Shown here piece by piece: positions 10,476 to 20,114 of a DNA stretch of 64,000 nucleotides. The first letter of the stretch is position 1; each line of letters starts with the position of its first letter. The position numbers and the translations under genes are program-made. Origin of the DNA: Candidatus Fermentibacterota bacterium. GTDB lineage: Bacteria > Fermentibacterota > Fermentibacteria > Fermentibacterales > JCC-6. Below the pieces are notes generated by a model. It worked only from the letters and a program-made list of their open reading frames with translations. It did no database searches and had not been told where the DNA came from. The DNA lies in NCBI GenBank assembly GCA_963845085.1, contig CAWJQI010000004.1, forward strand, positions 704,001 to 768,000. The letters run 5' to 3'.

Positions 10476-12494
10476 ATGAAGTTCTTTCTCCTGGCCCTCG
10501 CGGCTGCAACAACGTATGCCGCTTCGTATCAAATCCAGTTCTCCCTGGATCCCTCCGTGGTTGAAACAATGGATTTCAGGGGAGAGACGGTCCTGTTCAT
10601 CCCGGGAGGGGCCATCGCATTCGAAAACGGTCTCCCTTCCCTTCCTGCCGTTTCCCACAGTTTTGTAATACCCCAGGGCGAGACCCTGGAAAGCGTTACC
10701 GTCGAGGTGGTCTCCTCCGAAAACCTTGGCACGTTCCAGATCGCTCCGGCATTCACCGGCCCACTGTCCGCCCCGATCCCCTCAATGATCGAGCGCTCAT
10801 CAGTCTACAGCGGCTTTGAGCCTTTCCCGGCCGATCGGATCCTGGGTTTCCAGACCGGAAACAAATCCGGCTTCAGGGTGGCATCGTTCGATTTTTCGCC
10901 ATTCTCCTGGAACCCGTCCAACGGCTCACTCACCCTTGTCACCAGCGCTGTCGTCACCATGACAACCATTGCCGATCCCTCGGTTGAACGCCTTGCCCTG
11001 TCCCCCCGCCAGGTGGAAACGGCTGCTTCAGGGCTTTCCGGGATAGTCGACAACCCTGAAATGCTCGCTTCCTGCGCACCGGAAACCCGCGGCACCGACG
11101 GCCCGGTGTGGGTTGTTATCGCCGACGAGGAACATGAGAGCATTCTGGCTCCCCTTGTGAACCACAGGCTTGCCACTCACGGTTCGGCCACGCTTCGAAC
11201 CCTTCAGTGGATCTACGCCAACTACACCGGTGCCGACACGCAGGAACAGATCAGGAACTACCTGATCGACGCCTTTGAGAACCAGGGCCTTGTGTACGCC
11301 CTCATCGTCGGTGATTTCGGCGAGACTAACCGGGTGAGCAGCCTCAACATCAGCGGCAACGTGCTCAACTCCACGTCCGACCTTTACTACAGCGATCTTG
11401 ACGGCACCTGGGACGGAAACGGCAACAGCCTCTACGGCGAGCTCTCCGACGGGCTCGACTATCTCTCGGACATCTATGTGGGGCGTTTCAGCACCGACGT
11501 TCCCTCCAGAATAACCACCATGGTTGACAAGACCATCGCCTATGAAACAACCGCCCCTCAGGGCGCATGGCGCACCACCGCGCTTCTCGCCGGCGCGGGC
11601 CTCTGGCCCGAATCAAGCTACTGGGGAAGCTTCATCTGCGACACCATCGCCGCAAGGATCCCCTCCAGCTGGACCATTCACAAGCTCTACGAAACCTACG
11701 CAAGCCATCCCAACAACCAGATCGACCTCGTCAACCTTGGAGTCTCCTTCGCAGCCCCGCAGGGCCACGGCTTCAACAACGGCGTTTTCTGGTACTACAA
11801 TGAACCCACCGACATATTCAGCTCGGCCAACTACACCGGCATGACCAACATTGACATGCTCCCAGTCTTCCACAGCATCGCCTGCCTTGCAGGCAAGCTC
11901 TCCTCGCCGGCATGCATCGCCGAAAGGCTCATGTTCCTCACCACCGGCGGAGCGGTTGCCGTGATGTTCAACAGTGACAACGGGTGGGGCAGCCCTCCGA
12001 ACATGGGTGCGAGCGAGTGGCTTGAGCTCTTCTTCGCCGACGAGCTCTTCGTGAACAGCCAGAACGAGATCGGCGTGGCCCAGGCCCTCGCGAAGGATGC
12101 CTTCAAGGTGGGTCCCGGCGTTCCGATGAAGTTCTGGGTTATCCAGGAGAACAACCTTCTCGGCGATCCGGCTCTTCTCTTCGCCCCGGCCCAGCTGGGT
12201 GTCGAGGAAGGTGAGGGATGGGTACAGGATTCCAGCCCGATGCTTGGAAGCCCCTACCCCAACCCCGCCAGGAACGGTGCATCGCTCACCCTTACAATGC
12301 CGGTTCAGGGCGTCGCCGAACTCACGTTGTTCGACATCTCGGGGCGTGCTGTCAGAAGCCTTGGCAGGGAATCCCTCACACCTGGTGCCCATACATTCCA
12401 GGTGAACACCGCCGGCCTTCCCGCCGGGCTTTACAAGGTCGTTGTCGAGACGGTTTCGGGAATGGACGCTGCTTCCCTCGTTCTGCTTCCCTGA
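10476..12494 (+). CDS. C25 (gingipain-like) cysteine peptidase with propeptide and Por/FlgD-like CTD
   Basis: Signal peptide, GLPSLP propeptide, IRNYL/LIVGD, SDLYYSDLDG, DIYVGRF, catalytic GHG and SIAC, NLLGDP, C-terminal YPNP...FDISGRAV. Confidence 0.9.
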   Translation: MKFFLLALAAATTYAASYQIQFSLDPSVVETMDFRGETVLFIPGGAIAFENGLPSLPAVSHSFVIPQGETLESVTVEVVSSENLGTFQIAPAFTGPLSAPIPSMIERSSVYSGFEPFPADRILGFQTGNKSGFRVASFDFSPFSWNPSNGSLTLVTSAVVTMTTIADPSVERLALSPRQVETAASGLSGIVDNPEMLASCAPETRGTDGPVWVVIADEEHESILAPLVNHRLATHGSATLRTLQWIYANYTGADTQEQIRNYLIDAFENQGLVYALIVGDFGETNRVSSLNISGNVLNSTSDLYYSDLDGTWDGNGNSLYGELSDGLDYLSDIYVGRFSTDVPSRITTMVDKTIAYETTAPQGAWRTTALLAGAGLWPESSYWGSFICDTIAARIPSSWTIHKLYETYASHPNNQIDLVNLGVSFAAPQGHGFNNGVFWYYNEPTDIFSSANYTGMTNIDMLPVFHSIACLAGKLSSPACIAERLMFLTTGGAVAVMFNSDNGWGSPPNMGASEWLELFFADELFVNSQNEIGVAQALAKDAFKVGPGVPMKFWVIQENNLLGDPALLFAPAQLGVEEGEGWVQDSSPMLGSPYPNPARNGASLTLTMPVQGVAELTLFDISGRAVRSLGRESLTPGAHTFQVNTAGLPAGLYKVVVETVSGMDAASLVLLP

Positions 12495-14162
12495 TCAGAA
12501 CAGCCCGGTAACCTCGCCTGCGGCGGAGATCTCCATGGTCTCCGCCGCCGGTGTTTTCGGCAACCCCGGCATCCTCATGATGTCGCCCGTGATGGGCACC
12601 AGGAAGCCCGCTCCTGCGCTGATCACTATCTCCCTGACCGTAACGATGAAATCCTTGGGCCTTCCCAAAAGGTCGGGGTTGTCCGACAGGGAGTTCTGGG
12701 TCTTTGCGATGCAGACCGGAAGACCGGCATACCCGAACTTCGTGAGAAGGGCGAGGTCATCCCTTGCATCGGGCGTGAAATGAATGTGGGAGGCCCCGTA
12801 TATCTCCCTGGCAATGATACCGATCTTGTCCTCCACCGGAAGTTTCCAATCATAGAGAGGCTTGAAGCTCTTTCCGGGGCATCGGGCTGAATCCATGACC
12901 TTGGACGCAAGGTCGGTCATGCCTTCGCCGCCCCTCAGGTAGCCTTCGCCGAGGGCAACGGGAATCCCGAGTGCAGCACATCGTTCAGTGACTACCTGAA
13001 GCTCCTCCGGCGTGTCGCCGGGAAAACGGTTGAGGCAGACCACTGCAGGCACATGGAATTTGCCGATGTTCTCAATGTGTTTCTCGAGGTTCGCAAGACC
13101 CCTGTGGACGGATTCGGGATCGGTGATCGACAGGTCTTTCTTCTTCACACCGCCATGCATCTTCAGGGCCCGGCAGGTGGCGACAAGAACAACTGCGCAG
13201 GGCGCGAATTCCCCGTAGGGGCAGGTGATGTCGAAGAACTTTTCCGCCCCGAGGTCGAAGCCGAACCCTGCCTCGGTGACAGTCCAGTCCGCATGCGCCA
13301 TGGCCATGCGGGTGGCAATTATGGAGCTGCATCCGTGAGCGATGTTCGCAAAGGGGCCGCCATGCACGAAGGCCGGCGATCCTTCGATGGTCTGGACCAG
13401 GTTCGGCCTGATCGCATCCTTCAAAAGGAGGGTCATTGCGCCGGCGACACCAATGTCCTTCGCCATCACGGGCTGGCCTGAACTGGTATACCCGACCAGC
13501 ATCCGGTCGAGCCTTTCATGAAGGTCTTCCAGGCTGCGGGAAAGGCAGAGGATTGCCATGACCTCGCTGGCTGCCGTGATGTCGAACCCTGTCTCCCGCG
13601 GAACTCCCTGCCTTCTCCCCCCAAGACCTATCACGGCGGAGCGCAGTGATCTGTCGTTCATGTCCATGACCCTGCGGAGGTTCACCGTGCGCGAATCGAG
13701 CCCCGAAGGACTTCCCCAGTAGAGATGGTTGTCCAGCGCCGCCGCCAGCAGGTTGTGCGCGGCACCGACGGCGTGGATGTCACCAGTGAAGTGAAGGTTT
13801 ATGTCCTCCGCCGGGACGACCTGCGAATACCCGCCTCCGGCTGCTCCTCCCTTCATGCCGAAAACCGGTCCCAGTGATGGTTCCCGGATGGCGCAACACG
13901 CGGATTGCCCCAGTTTTTTCAGCCCGTCGGTCAGACCGATCGTGGTCGTTGTCTTCCCTTCGCCGGCCGGAGTCGGCGTGATGGCGGACACCAGGATGAG
14001 GGTGCCCGGCGTACCCGATCCCGTTGCATCGAGGTCGACCTTGGCCTTGTACCTGCCGTAGTTCACCAGGTGTTCCGGGGATATGCCGAGAACCCCTGCG
14101 ATCTCTTCTATCGGCCGCATTTTTACACCCGCTGCGATCTGTGAATCGGTTGGAAAAGCCAT
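12495..14162 (-). CDS. fhs: Formate--tetrahydrofolate ligase
   Basis: TPTPAGEGKTTTTIG, KGGAAGGGYSQV, HGGPFANIAHG, MRMPGLP; 555 aa from ATG 14162. Confidence 0.97.
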   Translation of the reverse strand: MAFPTDSQIAAGVKMRPIEEIAGVLGISPEHLVNYGRYKAKVDLDATGSGTPGTLILVSAITPTPAGEGKTTTTIGLTDGLKKLGQSACCAIREPSLGPVFGMKGGAAGGGYSQVVPAEDINLHFTGDIHAVGAAHNLLAAALDNHLYWGSPSGLDSRTVNLRRVMDMNDRSLRSAVIGLGGRRQGVPRETGFDITAASEVMAILCLSRSLEDLHERLDRMLVGYTSSGQPVMAKDIGVAGAMTLLLKDAIRPNLVQTIEGSPAFVHGGPFANIAHGCSSIIATRMAMAHADWTVTEAGFGFDLGAEKFFDITCPYGEFAPCAVVLVATCRALKMHGGVKKKDLSITDPESVHRGLANLEKHIENIGKFHVPAVVCLNRFPGDTPEELQVVTERCAALGIPVALGEGYLRGGEGMTDLASKVMDSARCPGKSFKPLYDWKLPVEDKIGIIAREIYGASHIHFTPDARDDLALLTKFGYAGLPVCIAKTQNSLSDNPDLLGRPKDFIVTVREIVISAGAGFLVPITGDIMRMPGLPKTPAAETMEISAAGEVTGLF

Positions 14163-14176
14163 GGTTTCCTTTCTGC

Positions 14177-14410
14177 CTAGAAGCCGTTCGTACTGGTCTT
14201 CTCCGGCGGTTCGACAGGGATCCGCTCGCGCGAGGGGTACACCACTTCCTCCAGCGTGGCCCCGGCGGGCAGACCGAACGCGGCCAGGGGAATCACGGCA
14301 AATGCTGGAACCCCCCCGATCCTGCCGGATACCACACATTGAGGCGTACCGGACGATTCGGCACGCTGTCTTGCTTTCTCCAGGGCAGATGTTCTTTCGT
14401 AAAGGATCAT
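14177..14410 (-). CDS. Small hypothetical protein (77 aa)
   Basis: GGAGG RBS upstream; fills the gap directly upstream of fhs on the same strand. Confidence 0.55.
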   Translation of the reverse strand: MILYERTSALEKARQRAESSGTPQCVVSGRIGGVPAFAVIPLAAFGLPAGATLEEVVYPSRERIPVEPPEKTSTNGF

Positions 14411-14467
14411 GCCGCCTCCCTGATCATATCATGGGCATGAACAGGCAAACGGGCAAGAAAGGGTTGC

Positions 14468-14602
14468 ATGAAGAAGACCGCGGTTCTGCTTCTGGTCCTT
14501 CTGCTTCTTTCCGCAGGATGCATTCCGGGGGATGGCGGGGGTTGAGGCGCGCTTCGGGCTTCAAGGGTTCTTGAGCCGGAAACGACGGAAACCACGGAGT
14601 AG
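14468..14602 (+). CDS. Candidate small selenocysteine lipoprotein (44 aa, in-frame TGA at 14543-14545)
   Basis: MKKTAVLLLVLLLLSAGC-IPGDGGG-U-GALRASRVLEPETTETTE; lipobox LSAGC; SECIS-like hairpin 11 nt after the TGA. Confidence 0.6.
14557..14577 (+). promoter_or_regulatory. Putative bacterial SECIS element
   Basis: GGC-(bulged U)-UCAAG-[GGUU]-CUUGA-GCC starting 11 nt after the UGA; no U-tract follows. Confidence 0.55.
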
Positions 14603-14608
14603 GTTTGT

Positions 14609-14640
14609 GGGAGGGAGGGTGAGCCCCTCCCTCCGCAGGC
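14609..14640. terminator. Hairpin between convergent genes, likely terminator
   Basis: GGAGGGAGGG-TGAGC-CCCTCCCTCC stem just after TAG 14602 and before the convergent stop at 14646. Confidence 0.5.
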
Positions 14641-14645
14641 CTTTC

Positions 14646-15137
14646 TCAGCGCATCCCCGGGCAGGGTGGTGCCATGTCCCCCCCCGGGGGAACCATGAAA
14701 TGGTCCCGCTCTCCAGGCCTTCGTCCATGTTCCTCGACCATTTGCGTAAGCTCGTCGAGCTGGTCTGCTGTGAGCAGCGAATGGACCTCATCGAGCGCTG
14801 TCGACACGACTGAGTGCACCCTGCCCATCCTCTCAAGCCGCCCGTCCAGAAGCTCCATAAGCCCCGTCCCGCTGAATTCCGCAGAGCAGAAGTACTCCAT
14901 GAACCCCATTTGCTCATCGTCAGCGCTTTCGATCTCGAGCAGCCTGACCCCGGCATCCTCCATTATTCGGTGGATCCCGCTTCTCTGGGCATCGGACAGT
15001 TCGAGCCTCATCACTGCATGAATAAGCCCGTCCATTACCGGATGCCCGTGACCCTGCCCGAAACCGGGGGGCTGTGCCGATGCCCCGGAGGCAGCCAGCA
15101 GTACCGCTGCCGATGCCATCCACAGTGTTCCTTTCAC
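14646..15137 (-). CDS. Spy/CpxP-like periplasmic protein
   Basis: GTG start after AAGGAG, signal peptide, LELSDAQR and LLTADQLDEL (LTxxQ) motifs, Gly/Met/Pro-rich ends. Confidence 0.75.
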   Translation of the reverse strand: MKGTLWMASAAVLLAASGASAQPPGFGQGHGHPVMDGLIHAVMRLELSDAQRSGIHRIMEDAGVRLLEIESADDEQMGFMEYFCSAEFSGTGLMELLDGRLERMGRVHSVVSTALDEVHSLLTADQLDELTQMVEEHGRRPGERDHFMVPPGGDMAPPCPGMR

Positions 15138-15207
15138 AAAATCTCCTTTCATTCGACTGGCGCACTGGGAACATGGGGTCATGGTCATGCCGTCATGTTG
15201 CATCGAT

Positions 15208-15222
15208 GTAACGGAATGTAAC
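15208..15222. promoter_or_regulatory. Direct repeat GTAAC-N5-GTAAC, possible CpxR/OmpR-family box
   Basis: Tandem pentamers with a 10-bp period, about 70 nt upstream of the Spy/CpxP-like gene; resembles CpxR GTAAA-N5-GTAAA. Confidence 0.4.
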
Positions 15223-15430
15223 AGCCCGACTTTCCCCGAATTGCCGCATTCAGGGCCTTTTCTTATGGTACGGGGCGCAGCCGCTGAACAGGAGCAACCC
15301 CGGCGGGAAGGTTCGGATTGAGCACCGGAATCTTGTGGAAGGCATTCGCCGGGCTGTTCCCGCTTGAGGATTGCCTGTTCCCTGGTACTGGAGTTGTCTC
15401 AGGCACCCCGTTCGAAAGCGAAATTGATTG

Positions 15431-15943
15431 ATGACGGACGAACGGAGCTGGAAACCCAGGGTGTTCATCGACGCGGATGCATGCCCGGTGAAACAGGAGA
15501 TCTACCGGGTTTCGGCCAGGTACGATCTGATGGTGATCGTGGTATCCAACTCCTGGATGCGCATACCCGACTCGGGCAGGATCGAGCTTACGGTCGTGGA
15601 CAAGGGCGAGGGGGTCGCGGACGACTGGATCGCAGAGCGTTCAGGGCCGGGGGACATAGTCGTTACGGGTGACATACCCCTCGCATCGAGATGTTTGAAG
15701 AACGGCTCGTCGGTGCTCGGCAATACGGGAAGACCCTTCACCGAGGACAACATAGGTGATGTGCTCGCCACACGGAACCTTTTCGCCGACCTCAGGGAGC
15801 AGGGGATGTTGATAAGGGGTCCCTCCCCGATGAGCGGTCCCGACCGTTCGAGGTTTCTTCAGGCGCTCGATGTGCTTGTCAACAGGCTGATCCGGGAGGC
15901 TTCCCGGAGGGGCGGGGCGCCCATTGACAGGGGCGCCCCGTAG
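15431..15943 (+). CDS. YaiI/YqxD (UPF0178) family protein
   Basis: VFIDADACPVK, ADDWIAE, DIVVTGDIPLA, GPSPMSGPDRSRF. Confidence 0.92.
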   Translation: MTDERSWKPRVFIDADACPVKQEIYRVSARYDLMVIVVSNSWMRIPDSGRIELTVVDKGEGVADDWIAERSGPGDIVVTGDIPLASRCLKNGSSVLGNTGRPFTEDNIGDVLATRNLFADLREQGMLIRGPSPMSGPDRSRFLQALDVLVNRLIREASRRGGAPIDRGAP

Positions 15944-15952
15944 GAAACCGGG

Positions 15953-17224
15953 TCAGAACGAGGCGGTCACCCCGAGCGCCACGAACGAAACGTTCTTTTC
16001 GTACTCATGACCGGTGAAGTTGCCGGCGCCCTCGCCGTCCTCGAGGAAGGCGTGCGCTGCGGACAGCACGATCCCGGTGCTCTCTGTCGCCGACCAGCGG
16101 ACACCGCCGCCGATCATGCCTGAATTAAGCATGTACTCGAAATCAGTGAAGGTCTCTGTGCTTCCGCCGTTATCGGCGTAGATGTAACCCATGCCGAGCT
16201 CCACACGGGGGCTCACCTTCCATTCTGCGCTGCAGCCGGCCTCCCAGCCGTCTTCGTACTCGTCGGAAAGGCCGTCATCAGAGCCCTGGTCGGCATCGCC
16301 GGTAAAGTAGACGTTGCCTGTGACACCGAGCGTCACGCCTGAACTGACGTCGAACTGCATGCCCAACCCCAGGACCGAAGGAAGGTCCCTGCGCTGAAGG
16401 GCACCGTCGGCGAGTTCGGGAAGCAGGGGGGCCCAGGTGTTCTGTTCGGTCTCGGCCTCCCATTCAAGCGGAGTGGCTGTCTCGTAACGCACTGCAACGT
16501 TCACCCTGTTCGACGGCATGTAGCTGAGGCCGATGATCCCGGCAAAGCCCGAAGCTTTCCGGGTGCAGTCAAGAACCGCCTCCGTTGAACCAACGACCGC
16601 TCCGGTGGAAAGGTCGACAATGGCGAAGTCTGCATTGGCCTCGTAATCCCTGACGCCGCTGGTGAGCCTGCCCGCCAGGGAGGCTGAAAGTGCGGGGGTG
16701 ATTGCGTACGATGCTCCCATCGTTCCGGCGTAGTATGCGGCGCCCGCTTTGATGTACCCGTCGGTCATGATCGCGGCAAAGCCTGTCCCGTACTGGGCCT
16801 GGACAAGGCCTGTCTGAAGCACCGGCATGATGGGAAGCCCGTCCTCGTACTCGAGCGTACCGCCGCCAGCAGGAACGGTAAAGGCGCCGAATGCCGCGAA
16901 ATCGCCGGTCCGGTACACCGCGTATACGTTGGGCAGGAATGATGTCGGTTTGGTCGTCTCGAATTCTGCGGCCTCCTCGGAACCCAGCGGCACTGCGGTG
17001 ACGACGTAGTCCTTGGCTATGTACTGGGTGCTCGCGTTCACATGGAAGCCCTCGGTCAGGTGAACAAGCCCTGCGGGGTTGTAAGAGACCAGGTCGGCAC
17101 CGTCTATCGCGGCGTTCCTCGCCACCGCCATGAAGTAATCGGCGCTCCGTCCGCCAAGGTAGTCGATATGCCCGGCAAAGGCTGCGGAAGCGAGCAACAG
17201 GACAAGTACGGTAACCCTTTTCAT
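15953..17224 (-). CDS. FadL/OmpP1-family outer membrane transporter
   Basis: Signal peptide, YNPAGL hatch motif, beta-strand pattern, terminal Phe. Confidence 0.85.
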   Translation of the reverse strand: MKRVTVLVLLLASAAFAGHIDYLGGRSADYFMAVARNAAIDGADLVSYNPAGLVHLTEGFHVNASTQYIAKDYVVTAVPLGSEEAAEFETTKPTSFLPNVYAVYRTGDFAAFGAFTVPAGGGTLEYEDGLPIMPVLQTGLVQAQYGTGFAAIMTDGYIKAGAAYYAGTMGASYAITPALSASLAGRLTSGVRDYEANADFAIVDLSTGAVVGSTEAVLDCTRKASGFAGIIGLSYMPSNRVNVAVRYETATPLEWEAETEQNTWAPLLPELADGALQRRDLPSVLGLGMQFDVSSGVTLGVTGNVYFTGDADQGSDDGLSDEYEDGWEAGCSAEWKVSPRVELGMGYIYADNGGSTETFTDFEYMLNSGMIGGGVRWSATESTGIVLSAAHAFLEDGEGAGNFTGHEYEKNVSFVALGVTASF

Positions 17225-17249
17225 TCGATCCTCCCCTTTTGTTGGAACA

Positions 17250-18395
17250 TCAGAAATTCAGCAACACGATCCTCGGGTAGTCCAGCGGGTCCTCCTCGTA
17301 GGCGGCGATGCCGTACCGGGTGACGACAAACGTCCAGGAATTCATTTCGGAAGGCCCTTCCGCCAGGCAGAGCCACTCCCCGGTTTCGGGATTGAAAAGG
17401 TCGAAAAGGGGTCTGTCAGCGTGCCCCCTCCTGGCCCACAGCCTCCCCTCCCTGTCGAGACCGAGCGATGCCACGGCATAGTGGTACTCGGACGGCGAAT
17501 ACTCCTGGCCCGCCATGGCCCGTCCGCCCCTTCCCATTGCCAGCATCTGCGCGCGTCGCTGCTCGAAAAGTTCGGTTTCTCCGGCCAGTTCCTCGGGTGT
17601 TTTTCGCACCGGCGAGTAGCCGGGTCTTTCGAGCGTGGTCCGGCTGTTTCCTTCCGCGTCGTAGACCATTATCCCGTAACGCTCCCATTCGAGGGGAGCA
17701 TAGAAAACAAGCGAGCCGGAAATCTCCATCGGGGGATCCGGCTCCATGAACCTGGCGGCCATGTCGTCGGGGTCGAAACGGCTCCACTCCTCGATGAAAA
17801 CCACTGCGGGCCGGGCACTTTCGGGACTCCACGCGGCCAGTGACTCCCCCGTTCTTCCCTGTTCGCGGTCGAAGAGACCCTGGTGGCCAACGATCATTCC
17901 ATCGCCGCCGTCGATTATGAAAGGAGCACGGGGGCTGAATCCCGCCAGGGTTCGCACGAACCCGGTATCGGCATCGAAAAAGTCGAACTCGGATGCACGC
18001 GGGTCGGTGACAACAACGAGGCCTTCATCCAGAACGGCAATGTCACCCGGGCTTAAAAACTCGCCGGGAGCTTCACCGGGCCCGCCGTATTCAGACATGT
18101 ATTCACCCCCCGGTGAATACACCCGAAGCGTCTGGCTGTTTGCATCGAGGACAAGAAGGCGCCCGTCCGGCAGAAACTCGACCGATGCGATCACCCCGAA
18201 AACGTATCTCGCATCTCCAAGTTCAATGCCCACCGAATCGACCGGGACAAGGGAGACCGAGGCAATCTCACCGGAGTCGGGGCCTGCTCCGCCGCAGCCC
18301 GCTGCAAGAACAAGAAGGGTCATGACTAAAGCCCGTTCAAGCGGCTGCACGGGCAGTCGCACGAAAGACCGGGAGGCCGGTATGAATCGTGTCAA
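17250..18395 (-). CDS. 6-bladed beta-propeller lipoprotein
   Basis: Lipobox AAGC, GGPGEAPGEFLSP NHL-like motif, DREGRLW. True start may be downstream (MTLLVL). Confidence 0.8.
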   Translation of the reverse strand: MTRFIPASRSFVRLPVQPLERALVMTLLVLAAGCGGAGPDSGEIASVSLVPVDSVGIELGDARYVFGVIASVEFLPDGRLLVLDANSQTLRVYSPGGEYMSEYGGPGEAPGEFLSPGDIAVLDEGLVVVTDPRASEFDFFDADTGFVRTLAGFSPRAPFIIDGGDGMIVGHQGLFDREQGRTGESLAAWSPESARPAVVFIEEWSRFDPDDMAARFMEPDPPMEISGSLVFYAPLEWERYGIMVYDAEGNSRTTLERPGYSPVRKTPEELAGETELFEQRRAQMLAMGRGGRAMAGQEYSPSEYHYAVASLGLDREGRLWARRGHADRPLFDLFNPETGEWLCLAEGPSEMNSWTFVVTRYGIAAYEEDPLDYPRIVLLNF

Positions 18396-19756
18396 TTCCG
18401 CCCAGCCGGAATTCTGTTGAGAAGCTCTGCCACGAGGCTGTCTGCAACGATTTCGTCTGCTGCCGGCGTCATGTGGGCTCCGGAGTAGTCGCTGTAGACT
18501 GTCTCGGAAACACCGTCGAAAATGCCGGAAAAGGTCAGGAACTGCGCGGAGTCGGCCACGCTCAGCTCAAAAAGGTCGTATGTGGCGGTGTACAGCTCCT
18601 TGAAGGCGGGGTCGCCCCCTGCGAGAAAGAACTCGAAACCCCCCTCGAAAATTTCCTGTTCAGACTCGGTCAGAACCTTGTTTCCAGTCCAGATACTCGG
18701 CTGCAGCACGAAAAGGCAGGTGAAATCAAGCTGTTCCGCAAGCGCTGTAACGATCCTGCTGTTTCCCAGATAGGTGTCGACTATGTCGGAGGCCAGAACT
18801 TCCGCAGGCACACCCATCGTACGGAAGGTCTGCAGGTCGGCCACCCTCGATGAACGACGGTCCAGGTTCCCCCGCAGAGCCGAGATGAGAATGTATGTGT
18901 TTGTTCTTTGAAAAAGCGCCTGAAGCGGCGGAGTGGTCGTGAACGCTTCGGGACGGCCTTCGACCCGGGCTGCTATCTGCATCTGCGAGTGGTGCCCGCC
19001 GGCCCTTCCCGATTCATACCCTCCCCAGATGTCGTTGAAGCCGTCAAAGTAAACGACCGCATCGGGAACGTTGCCGCTCCTTATCTGGATGATGAGCTCG
19101 ATCACTTCCTGGGTGGAGGAGTGGGCGATCTGACCGAAGTTGTACACCGCGACCGGAACCCCGAGCCTTTCTGTGAGTTTCTGCTGGACAAAACTGGCAA
19201 TGGTGTTGCTGTCGGAAAGATTCACTCCCCACATGGCCGATCCTCCGAAGAGGAACACCTTGAAAGCCCCGGGATCGGCGGAAGCTCCGGGAGTAACCCT
19301 GTACCCCTCTTCCGAAACCGTAACGGTATCGCTGTTGAGAAGAGGATTTGACCGCCATACCACGAACGGCGCGTAGACACCCTGCACCACTGCTGCTTCG
19401 ACTGTTTCCAGGTGGCCTTCCCTCAATTTTCTAAGATGGGTCTGCAGGATGCCGGGCGGCGCTATCTTCATGAAGGCGATTGAGAAAAGCTCGAGAAGCA
19501 CCAGTGCCACTGCTGCATTCAGCAGGATCAGGGCCACGCCTTTGTAGAAACCGGGGAACCGTCTGCCGAGAATGGCGGCGAAGATAAGAAACCCCCCCGC
19601 TGCGCAGAATCCGATCTGGTTTCTGCTGAATCCCGATCCAACACTCATGCCGGTCCGATCGGCAAAAACCGCGAGGATTACAAGAACCACTCCGAAAACT
19701 GCCGCGGTCAGCCTGAGAAGGCCCACCGCATTGTCGCTCATTTCCGTTCTGCCCAT
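18392..19756 (-). CDS. Membrane-anchored SGNH/GDSL hydrolase-like protein
   Basis: N-terminal TM helices, FLFGGSAMWG, VYFDGFND, DYSGAHMT. Confidence 0.8.
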   Translation of the reverse strand: MGRTEMSDNAVGLLRLTAAVFGVVLVILAVFADRTGMSVGSGFSRNQIGFCAAGGFLIFAAILGRRFPGFYKGVALILLNAAVALVLLELFSIAFMKIAPPGILQTHLRKLREGHLETVEAAVVQGVYAPFVVWRSNPLLNSDTVTVSEEGYRVTPGASADPGAFKVFLFGGSAMWGVNLSDSNTIASFVQQKLTERLGVPVAVYNFGQIAHSSTQEVIELIIQIRSGNVPDAVVYFDGFNDIWGGYESGRAGGHHSQMQIAARVEGRPEAFTTTPPLQALFQRTNTYILISALRGNLDRRSSRVADLQTFRTMGVPAEVLASDIVDTYLGNSRIVTALAEQLDFTCLFVLQPSIWTGNKVLTESEQEIFEGGFEFFLAGGDPAFKELYTATYDLFELSVADSAQFLTFSGIFDGVSETVYSDYSGAHMTPAADEIVADSLVAELLNRIPAGRN

Positions 19757-19921
19757 GTGAATCCCTCTCATGAATGAGCCGGGAGGCGTGCATGACATGA
19801 GCGGAAACCTATCCCGAAAGCGCCGGGCGGACAAGTGGGCGGAGGGACGGAAATCTGCTGACAGAAGCGCAATACAGCCTTGCACGAGCCGTTCATGTTT
19901 GGTATAGCTTCACCGTTCGGC

Positions 19922-20022
19922 CGCTTCCCGACCCCGGCTTCCTGTAGCACAGTGCCATGGAGCCCGGGGCGACAGGGTTGTACGGGAAACTGTACAGCCT
20001 CCCGTGTTTGGAAAGGGAAAGG
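19922..20022 (+). ncRNA. Moco/Tuco riboswitch (MOCO RNA motif)
   Basis: AGGGT-TGTACGG-GAAA-CTGTACA-GCCTCCCGT...TTGGAAAGGGA core, P1 TTCCC/GGGAA; directly upstream of tupABC. Boundaries approximate. Confidence 0.85.
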
Positions 20023-20114
20023 ACGCCGCATTTGCATCACCCCGTACCGGGGGTGGCGTGTATTCCCCTCCAATTAGTGAGCCTGCGGTCGGGTTCATAA
20101 CCAGAAGGAGGGAT

